NCBI GenBank assembly: GCA_963833225.1
Contig: CAWHXD010000008.1
Location: 96,001-160,000, forward strand
DNA from: an uncultured Chloroflexia bacterium
Lineage (GTDB): Bacteria; Chloroflexota; Limnocylindria; Limnocylindrales; CSP1-4
Direction: 5' to 3'
DNA: 64,000 nucleotides
How positions within the stretch are numbered: position 1 is the stretch's first letter; each line of letters starts with the position of its first letter. The position numbers and the translations under genes were made by a program. Below, in pieces: positions 20,113 through 29,578 of this stretch. The notes under the pieces are model-generated. The model was not told the DNA's origin and did not search any database. It worked only from the letters and a program-made list of their open reading frames with translations.

Positions 20113-20991
20113 GTGCGCCGCCTCCTCGTCGTCGACTTCGCCAACATCGCCCATCGCGCCTACTTCGCCGGGCGTGGACGCCCGGCCTTCGCGCCTGACG
20201 GCCGGCCGGTGTTCCTGGTCAGCACGTTCCTGCGCTTCGTGCTGGCGAGGATCCGCGAGGAACAGGCGACCCACGTTGCGCTCGCGTTCGAGAGCACCAC
20301 GGGGTCGCGGCGCCGCGAGCTCTTTGCGGCCTACAAGCCGCGCAAGGCAGCGGAGCCGGACGACCTCCTCCCGCAGCTGCGCGATGCCAATATCGCCTGC
20401 GGCCGGATGGGCTGGGCGCGCTATCGCGCCGAGGGCTGGGAGGCAGACGACGCGATGGCGGGCATCGCGGACGCGGCGCTGGCCGCAGGGTTCGACGAGG
20501 TCCTGCTCCACACCGGCGACCACGACCTGCTGGGCATGGTCGGCGACCGGGTGGCGGTGCTGATGCCTCGGGCCGGCGGGGGCGTCGACCGCTATGACGC
20601 CAGCGAGGTCGAGCAGCGCAGCCCGTATCGCGTGCCGCCCGCGCTGGTGGCGGACGTGAAGGCGCTCATCGGCGACTCGACCGACGGCTACGGCGGCGTT
20701 CGGGGGATCGGACCGGCGGTCGGGCCGGACCTGGTCCGGCGGTTCGGATCGCTGGCCGCGCTCTACGATCGACTGGACGAGGTCGAGGCCACCGGGGTGC
20801 GCAACCGGCTGCTGGCCGGGCGCGAGGATGCGTTCCGCTGCCTCGATCTTGCCACCCTGCGTCGTGGCGCTCCCCTGTCGCCGGCGTTCGATCCCGGTGC
20901 CGGACGCGTGGGGACGCATGACCCCGCACGGGCTGCCGCCTGGCTGACGTCGATGGGCCTGCCGGAGCTGATCCGCGCCCTGGACCCGTAA
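20113..20991 (+). CDS. Standalone 5'-3' exonuclease / flap endonuclease
   Basis: YKPRK, EADDAM, TGDHDL, ALIGDSTDGYGGVRGIGP (H3TH). Confidence 0.9.
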   Translation: MRRLLVVDFANIAHRAYFAGRGRPAFAPDGRPVFLVSTFLRFVLARIREEQATHVALAFESTTGSRRRELFAAYKPRKAAEPDDLLPQLRDANIACGRMGWARYRAEGWEADDAMAGIADAALAAGFDEVLLHTGDHDLLGMVGDRVAVLMPRAGGGVDRYDASEVEQRSPYRVPPALVADVKALIGDSTDGYGGVRGIGPAVGPDLVRRFGSLAALYDRLDEVEATGVRNRLLAGREDAFRCLDLATLRRGAPLSPAFDPGAGRVGTHDPARAAAWLTSMGLPELIRALDP

Positions 20992-21081
20992 CCCGGGAGC
21001 AGGCCCTGGCCCGGTCGCCGGACCCCATGCCAACCGCATCCGCCATTGACACGGAGACCCGTGAGGCGACAACGTACCCGC

Positions 21082-21477
21082 ATGGCCTTCATCGTTGTCT
21101 CCGACGCCCAGATCACCTGTGCCTTCGGTGCTGCCCCCGGCACGCTCACGGTCCTGCCGACCGGACCCGCGCTGCAGCAGATCGGCGGCAAGAACGTGGC
21201 CACGATCATGGACTTCAAGCCCAACGTGAACATCGCGCCCTTCGGGATGTGCACCACGTTGTCCAACCCGCAGGTGGCCTCCGCGACCTCCGCGGCCCAG
21301 GGCGTCCTCACGCCCCAGCCCTGCATCCCCGTGACCACGTCGCCCTGGAACCCGGGCTCTTCGACCCTGATGCTCGGCGGACAGCCGGTCCTCACGGATC
21401 CGTCGACCTGCATGTGCGCCTGGGGCGGGCAGATCTCGGTGATCAACCCGGGCCAGCAGACCGTCACCACCGGGTAA
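21082..21477 (+). CDS. DUF4280 (PAAR-like) protein
   Basis: AQITCAFG, ATIMDFKPNVNIAPFGMC..NPQVA, PCIPVTTSPW, CMCAWGGQI. Confidence 0.88.
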   Translation: MAFIVVSDAQITCAFGAAPGTLTVLPTGPALQQIGGKNVATIMDFKPNVNIAPFGMCTTLSNPQVASATSAAQGVLTPQPCIPVTTSPWNPGSSTLMLGGQPVLTDPSTCMCAWGGQISVINPGQQTVTTG

Positions 21478-21579
21478 CCGGGTCACGGACCCCCGGGCGG
21501 GCTGACCGGCGGCCGGCCCGCCGTCCCTGTGAGTACAATCCGGCCGACGGCTGACCCGGTCCGCAGGAGTGTTCGCAGC

Positions 21580-22041
21580 GTGAGCGCCCTCCATATCCCC
21601 AAGAACCAGCTGATGCTCATCGCCGGCGTCGTGTGGTGTGCGGCGGGTGCCATGGTCAGCGTGATCGGCCTGCCGCTCGAAGCCGGGCTGGCGCCGGCGC
21701 ACCTGGTCCTGATCCCGCTCAGCGTCGTGATCTTCGTCCTGTTCTACTTCTTCGTCTTCTCGCGGCTGGTCCGCAAGCACACCGACCGGATCCGAGCCCG
21801 GGCGGAGGAGCGGCTCCCCTTCTGGCACTTCTTCAACGCGTCATCGTGGGCGGTGATGGCGGTGATGATGGGCGGCGGGATGGCGCTCCGCCAGTCACAC
21901 GTCATGCCGGACTGGATGATCGCCTTCTTCTACAGCGGCCTGGGCGTGGCACTCTTCCTGTGTGGCGTCCAGTTCCTTGGCGTGTTCGCCCGCAAGGACG
22001 TCCTGGCGGCCAGCCCGGAGCGGGTCCGCTCCGACGCGTAG
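21580..22041 (+). CDS. Four-TM membrane protein of unknown function
   Basis: GTG after AGGAG; hydrophobic helices. Confidence 0.75.
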   Translation: MSALHIPKNQLMLIAGVVWCAAGAMVSVIGLPLEAGLAPAHLVLIPLSVVIFVLFYFFVFSRLVRKHTDRIRARAEERLPFWHFFNASSWAVMAVMMGGGMALRQSHVMPDWMIAFFYSGLGVALFLCGVQFLGVFARKDVLAASPERVRSDA

Positions 22042-22145
22042 CCGGCCGGAAGCGCCGGGCCGGGCCCGCCGACCCCGAAGTACCAGGCCGGCTGACGTCC
22101 GGGTCGGGGACGCGCCCCGTGGACAGCGCGCACCATCCGCGCGTC

Positions 22146-23522
22146 ATGGCCGGCTTGACCAGTGGTCCTCGCGTCGCGGATCCCCGCACCCGGGTCGGTG
22201 CCGCGCTGGCGCTTGCCCTGACCGCGCTGGCGTTGGCCTCTCCATCCGCCTTCGCGGCTGACCCGTCGCCCGAACCCACGCCGCTCGTGTTCCACACGCC
22301 CCAGTACCTGGTCTGGATGGACGGCCACTCGACGTCCGGCGGTCCGGTGGAGGACAACGCGTACTGGCTGTACGTGGCACCGCCGGACGAGAATGGCGAG
22401 TTCCGGGTTCCCGACGGTGGCGGCGGCGTCTTCCATTACCGGGGCCACCTCGTTGGGGGCCCGTTTGCGGGTTCCGAGGATGCCTGCCCCGCCATGCTCG
22501 CCGTGGGCGTTCCCATCCTGCAGGCATGGCTGGTAGCGGCAGGCGAGACCGCGCAGGTGGTCGACTGCGCGGCCCAGGCAGTGACACCGGAGCCGCCAGC
22601 AATGGAGCCTGCCGACGGGGCGCCCGCTGATCCCGAAGCGCTCGGGATCGCCGTGGCCCTGATCGGCCTGCTCCTGGTCGGCGGCGGCGCCGTGCTCGGC
22701 GCCGGAGCGGGCAGTGCAACCCTGCGACCGGAACCCGCCGATGCCCCAGAGCCGGAAATCAGGGAGCCGAGCGAGCCTGAGCGTCCCGCGGACCCGTGCG
22801 CCGCCCAGGCCGAGGTGGTTGGACAGGCCAGCGCGCGCGGGCGCTACCTCAATGACCTGCTGATGGCCTGCCGCCGAAACGAGGCGCTGCTCCAGGAGCA
22901 GATCGACACGATCACGAGCCTCGTCCTGCCGGGCAGCGTGATGCTCGATCTTGGGTTTGTCGCGGGCGGCCTCTCGGGCGGCCTGGGGCTCAGCCTGTTC
23001 GAATCCGCGACCTTCCGCGCCGCCGTAGGCGAAGCGATCGCCAAGGACGTCATCAAGGAGCTCGCCAAGCAGGCGCTGGGCAGCGCGGGCGGCGTCCTGG
23101 AGCCGGGCAAGGTCGGCGCCGAGGGCCTGACGAGCGGGATCAAGCAGACGCTCCTGGAGGGTCTCGAGCGCGCGATCGTCAACCACCGCTTCTTCAATTC
23201 GATCGCCCCGACGGCGCCGACCCGCGTCTTCCGGAACGGCGGCGAGTACGCCTCCTTCGTGCACGAGCTGGAGGGGTATGCGCACGACGTCGCAACGCCC
23301 ATCAAAGACGGTCTCGGAGCGATCATCGACCTCTACAGCGGCGTGACGGGGGCGATCGACCTGTACCAGCGTCTTGACCAGCTGCGCGGGATCCGCGATC
23401 GGATCGCGGACAGGCGGGTGAACCTGGAGCTGGAGTTCGAGGATGCGATCGGCAGCCATCGAGACGCCGCGGAGCGTCTCGCGCACTGCCGTGAGATCAC
23501 CGCCCCGGGACACCGCTGGTGA
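22146..23522 (+). CDS. Signal-peptide, single-TM protein with cytoplasmic coiled-coil region
   Basis: Signal peptide (AALALALTALALASPSAFA), TM (LGIAVALIGLLLVGGGAVLG), helical C-terminus. Confidence 0.65.
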   Translation: MAGLTSGPRVADPRTRVGAALALALTALALASPSAFAADPSPEPTPLVFHTPQYLVWMDGHSTSGGPVEDNAYWLYVAPPDENGEFRVPDGGGGVFHYRGHLVGGPFAGSEDACPAMLAVGVPILQAWLVAAGETAQVVDCAAQAVTPEPPAMEPADGAPADPEALGIAVALIGLLLVGGGAVLGAGAGSATLRPEPADAPEPEIREPSEPERPADPCAAQAEVVGQASARGRYLNDLLMACRRNEALLQEQIDTITSLVLPGSVMLDLGFVAGGLSGGLGLSLFESATFRAAVGEAIAKDVIKELAKQALGSAGGVLEPGKVGAEGLTSGIKQTLLEGLERAIVNHRFFNSIAPTAPTRVFRNGGEYASFVHELEGYAHDVATPIKDGLGAIIDLYSGVTGAIDLYQRLDQLRGIRDRIADRRVNLELEFEDAIGSHRDAAERLAHCREITAPGHRW

Positions 23523-23529
23523 GCGCGAC

Positions 23530-24360
23530 ATGAAGCCCGGGACCAGGCGCCGCGCGTCGCGGGCCTCGATGCTTGCCGGGGCGCTGCTGTTCGTCGTTGG
23601 TGTCGGGATCAGGATGGGCATGGTTCCCGCCGGCGGCGTCGCCGGCCAAGGCCCCAGCGAGGGCCCGAGCGTGGCATCGCCGGAGCCCACTCGCGTGCCG
23701 CCGGCCCCGTCCACCGCCTCCGTTGCGCCATCGGCAGCGGCGGTGCCCGCGCCCACGCTCAAGCCATCGGCCAGCCCGACACCCGCGCCGGTGAGTCCAG
23801 CGCCGACCCCTGAGACCTGGTTCGCGGATGACTTCGACACGGTGGGCGCCTGGCCGGTCGGCAACCTCGACCTGCTCAAGGCCGAGGTGTCGGGCGGGGT
23901 CTACCGCGTCATCGCACAGCCTGTCGACCTCCCCGTCGTGGTGGTCGCCGGTGCCAGCGACGGGTGGCCTGGCGCCGACCTGACCCTCTCCGCGGATGTG
24001 GGCCTCGCTGCTGACGCCGACGCGTCGAGCGCCGTCGGCCTCGTGATCGAGGACGCAGACGGCACGAGGCTGCTCGCGCTGGTCTCGGCCGGTGGACGGG
24101 TCATGTTGGCGCGCGATTCGATGGAGTCGTTCGATGTGGTGGCGTCAGGGTCCATCCCGGCGCCGTCGGGACGCATCCACCTGGGCCTGGAGCTCGCGTC
24201 CGGCCGCGCCACCGTGACGATCGACGGCTCACCGATCGCCGCCGCAACGGCCACCCTCGACCCGGCGTTCGTAGGCCTCGCCTTCTGGGCGTCCGGGACC
24301 CGCACGCGGTTCGAGGTGGACAGCTATGGGGTCTGGTCCTCCCCTCGCGATCCCGCCTGA
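23530..24360 (+). CDS. Secreted or anchored protein with Pro-rich linker and ConA-like beta-sandwich
   Basis: N-terminal TM, PAP linker, WFADDF..W, FEVDSYGVW. Confidence 0.65.
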   Translation: MKPGTRRRASRASMLAGALLFVVGVGIRMGMVPAGGVAGQGPSEGPSVASPEPTRVPPAPSTASVAPSAAAVPAPTLKPSASPTPAPVSPAPTPETWFADDFDTVGAWPVGNLDLLKAEVSGGVYRVIAQPVDLPVVVVAGASDGWPGADLTLSADVGLAADADASSAVGLVIEDADGTRLLALVSAGGRVMLARDSMESFDVVASGSIPAPSGRIHLGLELASGRATVTIDGSPIAAATATLDPAFVGLAFWASGTRTRFEVDSYGVWSSPRDPA

Positions 24361-24452
24361 GTCTGGTCTCGTCGCAACAGGGCCCGGGCAGGCGCCGGGC
24401 ATTCGAGATCGCCGGTCGCGACGGGCGCGGTGATGCTGCGCATACTGTCGAC

Positions 24453-25097
24453 ATGTGGTCGACACCCCTGACGCGCTCCGCGATCTCGTCGATCCGGTGG
24501 CGCTCCGCCCTCGGCGTGGTCGTCCTGCTGGCCGCGTTGGCCGGCTGCGCTGCCGGTGGTTCGGACACGTCCGCGGTCCCATCCACTGCGCCGTTGGCGG
24601 GTGACAACGTGCTCGCCACCCGCCTCGCTGCGATCGATGCCGCTGTCAACGAGTGGCAATCCGCGCCCGACGTCGCGACGGCGCGAACGGCGGCCGAGGA
24701 GGCGCGCAACCTGGTTGTCGGCCCGGCTGGCCCGTTCTACGGCGACGGGGACGGCGACGGCATGATCGAGGGGGTCAGCGCGATCGGCCTGCTGCCTGGG
24801 CTGGGTGGCGAACCGGGGCTCGCCACGCCCGCGGCGGGTGCCTGCGTGGTGCGCGACCTCCTCGGTGGCAGCTGGGCGGACCCTGCGGATCGCTGGGCCA
24901 CCCTTGAGACAGCGATCGACGAGTGGAGCTCCCTGAACAACACCTTCCCGACCCTGCCGAGCCATCCGCAGCGGCTGGTGGGGTGGGCGACGCTTGCCCT
25001 TGCGTCGGCGGACCTTCCGACGGTCCACGAGTACGGAGGGCACGCCCACCTGCACATCGCGGTCTCGATCCAGGCGACGACCGCCTGCACGCCGTAG
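24453..25097 (+). CDS. Putative lipoprotein
   Basis: Lipobox LAGC after a hydrophobic stretch; DGDGDG motif. Confidence 0.7.
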   Translation: MWSTPLTRSAISSIRWRSALGVVVLLAALAGCAAGGSDTSAVPSTAPLAGDNVLATRLAAIDAAVNEWQSAPDVATARTAAEEARNLVVGPAGPFYGDGDGDGMIEGVSAIGLLPGLGGEPGLATPAAGACVVRDLLGGSWADPADRWATLETAIDEWSSLNNTFPTLPSHPQRLVGWATLALASADLPTVHEYGGHAHLHIAVSIQATTACTP

Positions 25098-25246
25098 CCG
25101 CGCGAGCCTGCACGCCCTGCCGGTCTCCGGTCCACCTGTTCCGCGCCGGCGACCGCGCCGCCGATCGACCGTTGTGGACAGCAACGCGCGGGAGGCGCAT
25201 GGTGGTGACCCGTGGCACCGACCCGGCACCCGATGGAGGCACCTGC

Positions 25247-25318
25247 ATGGACAAGAAGGCCAAGACGCCCAAGAAGCCGAAGACGGCGAAGCCCAAGGGG
25301 ACGGCGAAGTCGGCCTAG
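25247..25318 (+). CDS. Lys-rich 23-aa microprotein
   Basis: GGAGG SD 7 nt upstream; MDKKAKTPKKPKTAKPKGTAKSA*; all Lys codons are AAG. Confidence 0.55.
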   Translation: MDKKAKTPKKPKTAKPKGTAKSA

Positions 25319-25653
25319 CTCTCCTGGCTGACTGCTGACCGCCTGCGGCGCGCCCCGGGTGCGGCCGGCGTCTGCGGTTCCGAACCTGCCAGCTACGGTT
25401 CCGTGATCACCAGCCCGCGTTCAGTGGGGGCGGTTCGTGGCGTCCTGATCGCCATCTGCATCAGGATCGGCCCCTCCCTACGGGGCCAAGGACCCGAAAC
25501 CCGGGTTTGAGCGCGCGGTCCCCGTGTGCGCACGGCGGATCTGATCCTGATCGCGTTCAGGTGAGCGACCGGGCTGGCCCCAAGGCGACGAGGGCGACCG
25601 GAGCGAGCACGACGAGGCGCCCGGGCATCGCCACGAGGGCGCCGAGCGGCTCG

Positions 25654-25911
25654 CTAGTAGCGGCGACGGGGGCCCGTCTCCTCCTTGACCTTCGGCTCGC
25701 GGCCGGGCCGCGGCGGCCGAGGCAGCGTGCCGGGCGCCATGTCGGGCGGCTTGGGCAGGGGTCCTCGCGCACGCGCGGCCTCGACCGCACGGGCGAACTC
25801 GGACGCCACCGGCGCCGGGATGCTCGCCTCCCAGGCGCGCTGGACTTCGACCATCCGGACCGACTCGGTGGCGCGCTGCTCGCGCTCGTTTCTTGACCGC
25901 TTCGTCATCAT
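25654..25911 (-). CDS. Small hypothetical protein
   Basis: MMTKRSRNEREQRATE...KEETGPRRRY*; fits the gap between neighbouring genes. Confidence 0.55.
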   Translation of the reverse strand: MMTKRSRNEREQRATESVRMVEVQRAWEASIPAPVASEFARAVEAARARGPLPKPPDMAPGTLPRPPRPGREPKVKEETGPRRRY

Positions 25912-26050
25912 GCCTCGCAATCCGGGGGCCACCATGGCCCCGGGGCGGTCGATCGTACGCCCGTTGAGGCGATGGCGCGAGATTCGCCGGTGCGCCCCAG
26001 TACTGTCCGGTCGCTTGCGCCAAGTGGCGCGCGACGGCACCATTCCGCCC

Positions 26051-26722
26051 ATGGGACACCTGTGGCCGCTGTTCGACCTGCGCCTGCGCACGCCCCGTCT
26101 CGAGCTGCGGCTGCCCACGGACGACGATCTCCTCGCCCTCACCCGGATCGCCAGGAAGGGCGTCCACGACCTGGACCGGTCGCCGTTCATCGTGCCCTGG
26201 GACGAGCTGCCATCACCGGCGTTCGATCGGCAGTTCCTCCTCCATTGGTGGCAGGAGCGGGGCTCGTGGTCCCCGTCGGCATGGAAGCTGGGACTGGCGG
26301 TCATCGCGGACGGAGAGCCGATCGGCATCCAGGACGTGATCGCGGACGACTTCGCGAGGTCCCGGACGGTCCGCACCGGCTCCTGGCTCGGGCTGCCCTT
26401 CCACCGGCGCGGCTACGGGACGGAGATGCGGGCCGCCGTCCTGTGGTTCGCGTTCGAGGAGCTGGGCGCCGCCGTCGCCGAGTCGGGGTACATCGACGGC
26501 AACGGGGCGTCGGCGCGGGTCTCGGAGAAGCTGGGCTACGAGCCCAACGGCACCCGCCTGATGGACGCGCGGCCCGGCCACGAACGACAGGAGCACCTGG
26601 TGCGTGTCACGCCCGCGACATGGAGGCGCGACCTGGTCCCGGTGACGGTCGAGGGCATGGACGGATGCCAGGGGTTGTTCGGTGAGCGTGAGCTGGCTCC
26701 CGACAGCTGGATCACCCTGTGA
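26051..26722 (+). CDS. GNAT (RimJ/RimL-like) acyltransferase
   Basis: WPLFDLRLRTPRLELR, TGSWLG..RRGYGTEMR, NGASARVSEKLGY. Confidence 0.9.
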   Translation: MGHLWPLFDLRLRTPRLELRLPTDDDLLALTRIARKGVHDLDRSPFIVPWDELPSPAFDRQFLLHWWQERGSWSPSAWKLGLAVIADGEPIGIQDVIADDFARSRTVRTGSWLGLPFHRRGYGTEMRAAVLWFAFEELGAAVAESGYIDGNGASARVSEKLGYEPNGTRLMDARPGHERQEHLVRVTPATWRRDLVPVTVEGMDGCQGLFGERELAPDSWITL

Positions 26723-28638
26723 GCCCCGTGACCAGCGAGCCTTCCGGTCCCGATCTGACGCCCGAGGCCGCGCCTGTGCCGGAGGCGCTGATCGAGCCGG
26801 TGGAGCCCGCCGGGCCGGCGACTCCCGAGGCCGAGGCGCGACCCGCCCGGCGGCGACGACGGTGGATCGCCGTTGCGCTGCTGCTGGTGCTGGTGCCGCT
26901 CGTCGCCGTCGGGGCGGTCGCGGGTGGCCTGCTCGCCTGGGATGCCGGGTACGAAGGCCTGGTGCTGCCCGGGGTCCACGTGGGCACCGTCGACCTGTCC
27001 GGGATGGACGGGGCGACGGCAGCGGCGGCCATCGACGCCGGCTACCCGCTTGGCGAGGGACGCATCGTCCTGCGCACGCCCGACGGGGACATCACGATCC
27101 CGTACGCCGACGTGGACCGACGCCCCGACACGGCAGCGCTCGTGGCGGAGGCGATGGCGGCGGGCCGTTCGGGCCAGCTGCTCGAGCGCGCGCGTGCGGA
27201 GATCGACCAGGCGATCAACGGCACCGTCATCGCCCCGCGGGTCCTGTTCGACGAGACCGCCCTCCGGGAGGCCATCGCTGCCAGGCTGGCAACGCTGGAT
27301 CGGCCGCCGGTGGATGCCACGATCACGATGCTTGCCGATGGCCCCGTCACAACCTCGTCGCAGGTGGGCCAGACGGTGATCGCGGAGCCGATCGTGGCCG
27401 CGGCGCTGGAGGCCGTCGCTCCGCTCGACGCTCCCGCCGACACCGTGATCGAGGTGTCACCCATCGCCGTCGCGCCGGCCGTGGACGCCTGGACCGTGGG
27501 TGAGGCCTCGGCTGCCGCCGAGCGGATGATCGGCGACGTGGTGGTCACCTTCCGCGACCAGAAATGGACCATCCGCGCGGCCACGGTCAGAAGCTGGATC
27601 CAATTTGAGGCACCCGGCAATGGGACGGTCTCCCCGGCCGTCGACAGGTCGATGATCGCCGCCGCACTCAAGAAGCCGACCAAGGCGGTGCTCAAGACGC
27701 CGGTGAATGCAGAGTTCCTCAAGGGCCGCGGGGGACGCATCGTGGGTGTGGTGGCCAGCAAGGACGGGCGCGAGCTGGATGCCGCGACGACCGCTGCGAG
27801 GATCGTCGTCGAGCTCGAGGGACGCGCCCTTGGCCCGCATCTCGCGCCGGTGAGCGTGGCCATCACGAAGACGTTCCCCAAGCTCACCACCGAGGAGGCT
27901 CGCAAGACCGCCCCGGTCATGACCCGGCTGGGGACGTGGAAGACGTATTTCCCGATCGGCGATCACAACTACTACGGCGCGAACATCTGGCGGCCGGCCG
28001 AGATCATCGACGGCACGATTCTCGCCCCTGGCGAGACGTTCGACTGGTGGCGGGCGATCTGGCCGGTCACCACCGCGCGCGGCTTTGGGCCGGGCGGCTA
28101 CATCGCCGGCAACCACACCGAACCCACCGGTGCCCTGGGTGGGGGGATGTGCTCAAGCTCCACGACGCTGTTCAATGCCGCGATGCGCGCCGGCCTGAAG
28201 ATGGGCGCCCGCTCAAATCACAAGTACTACATCGGCCGCTACCCGCTCGGGCTCGACGCAACGGTGTCCATCTCGCCGGGCGGTGGCCGCCAGACGATGT
28301 CGTTCACCAATGACACGGCCCACGCCATCCTGATCCGCGGGATCAAGATCCGACACGGCTCGGCGGGCTACGTGCGCTACGAGATCTGGGGCATCCCCGA
28401 CGGACGCACGGTGTCGATCAGCAATCCCGCGGTGACCAACGTGAGCAAGGCAACGACCAACATCGTGTACGTGGACAGCCTGCCCACGGGGGTGCGCGAG
28501 CAGACCGAGTACCCGTCCAACGGGATGAGCGTGTCGGTGACCCGCATCGTCCGCAACGCGAAGGGCAAGATCATCCACCGCGACACGTGGTACTCCCGCT
28601 ACGTGCTGTGGAACGGGCGGATCGAGATCGGCCGCTGA
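26719..28638 (+). CDS. VanW family protein with peptidoglycan-binding domains
   Basis: TM anchor, VLPGVHVG, GGGMCSSSTTLFNA, RSNH, RYPLGLDATV. Confidence 0.9.
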   Translation: MSPVTSEPSGPDLTPEAAPVPEALIEPVEPAGPATPEAEARPARRRRRWIAVALLLVLVPLVAVGAVAGGLLAWDAGYEGLVLPGVHVGTVDLSGMDGATAAAAIDAGYPLGEGRIVLRTPDGDITIPYADVDRRPDTAALVAEAMAAGRSGQLLERARAEIDQAINGTVIAPRVLFDETALREAIAARLATLDRPPVDATITMLADGPVTTSSQVGQTVIAEPIVAAALEAVAPLDAPADTVIEVSPIAVAPAVDAWTVGEASAAAERMIGDVVVTFRDQKWTIRAATVRSWIQFEAPGNGTVSPAVDRSMIAAALKKPTKAVLKTPVNAEFLKGRGGRIVGVVASKDGRELDAATTAARIVVELEGRALGPHLAPVSVAITKTFPKLTTEEARKTAPVMTRLGTWKTYFPIGDHNYYGANIWRPAEIIDGTILAPGETFDWWRAIWPVTTARGFGPGGYIAGNHTEPTGALGGGMCSSSTTLFNAAMRAGLKMGARSNHKYYIGRYPLGLDATVSISPGGGRQTMSFTNDTAHAILIRGIKIRHGSAGYVRYEIWGIPDGRTVSISNPAVTNVSKATTNIVYVDSLPTGVREQTEYPSNGMSVSVTRIVRNAKGKIIHRDTWYSRYVLWNGRIEIGR

Positions 28639-28680
28639 CCGACGCGAGGCACGTGGCAGGTTGCCCCGACTGCCCCGCCC

Positions 28681-29346
28681 TCAGCCGTCGGAATCGAGGT
28701 AGGCGAGCACCGCGAGCACGCGCCGGTGATCGGTCCGCGAGTCCGGCAGGTCCAGCTTGGCGATGATGCTGCTGATGTGCTTCTCGGCCGCGCCCTCGGT
28801 GATCGTCAGCAGCTGCGCGATCCCGGCGTTGGTGCGGCCCTCGGCCATGGCGGCGAGGACCTCCCGCTCGCGTGGCGTCAGCGCACCGAGCCGGTCATCC
28901 TGGCGGCGTCGGACCATCAGCTGGGCGACGACCTCGGGATCCAGGGCGGTCCCACCCGACGCCACCCGGCGCAGCGCGTCGAGGAAGTCCCGGACATCCG
29001 CGACGCGGTCCTTGAGCAGGTAGCCGACACCACCCCCGCGGTCTGCGAGGAGCTCGCTCGCATACTGGCGCTCCACGTACTGGCTGAGGACGAGGATCGG
29101 GGTGCCCGGCACCAGGCGCCGCGCCTCGAGCGCCGCCCGGAGGCCCTCGTCGCGCTGCGTGGGCGGCATCCGGACATCGACCACGGACACGTCCGGCCGG
29201 TGCTCCACCGCGGCCTTCACGAACGAGGGTCCGTCGCCCGCCTTGGCGACGACGGTCGCACCGGACTCCTCGATGAGCCGCGTGAGGCCCTCGCGCAGCA
29301 GCACGGAATCCTCGGCGATGACGACGCGCAGGCCCTGGATCGACAT
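28681..29346 (-). CDS. NarL/LuxR family response regulator
   Basis: IAEDSVLLREG, DVRMPP, LTPREREVL..GRTNAGIA. Confidence 0.95.
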   Translation of the reverse strand: MSIQGLRVVIAEDSVLLREGLTRLIEESGATVVAKAGDGPSFVKAAVEHRPDVSVVDVRMPPTQRDEGLRAALEARRLVPGTPILVLSQYVERQYASELLADRGGGVGYLLKDRVADVRDFLDALRRVASGGTALDPEVVAQLMVRRRQDDRLGALTPREREVLAAMAEGRTNAGIAQLLTITEGAAEKHISSIIAKLDLPDSRTDHRRVLAVLAYLDSDG

Positions 29347-29397
29347 GCGGCGATTCTGCCCCACTCGGGCCGCCTCGGCGAGGCGGTCCCACGCCCG

Positions 29398-29425
29398 ATG
29401 GTGGGGATTCCCCTACCCCCACCAT
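29398..29425. promoter_or_regulatory. Inverted repeat between the divergent regulator and kinase genes
   Basis: ATGGTGGGG-N10-CCCCACCAT. Confidence 0.45.
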
Positions 29426-29578
29426 GCCCGCTGCCCGGCTGGGACCCCGACGCCGGGTGACCTACGGTCTACGCATGACGATCCGCCACGTCCCCAGGGA
29501 CGCCACGGCCATGCGGCTGCCGCAGCCCGACGACGGCGTGCCTCCCCGCCCGCTGCTCGTGGTGATAGGGTCGGCCCG

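Noticed and set aside
25320-25560. Cluster of short hairpins and a 22-codon minus-strand ORF
   Set aside because: Lies between convergent genes; explained by terminators and GC content.
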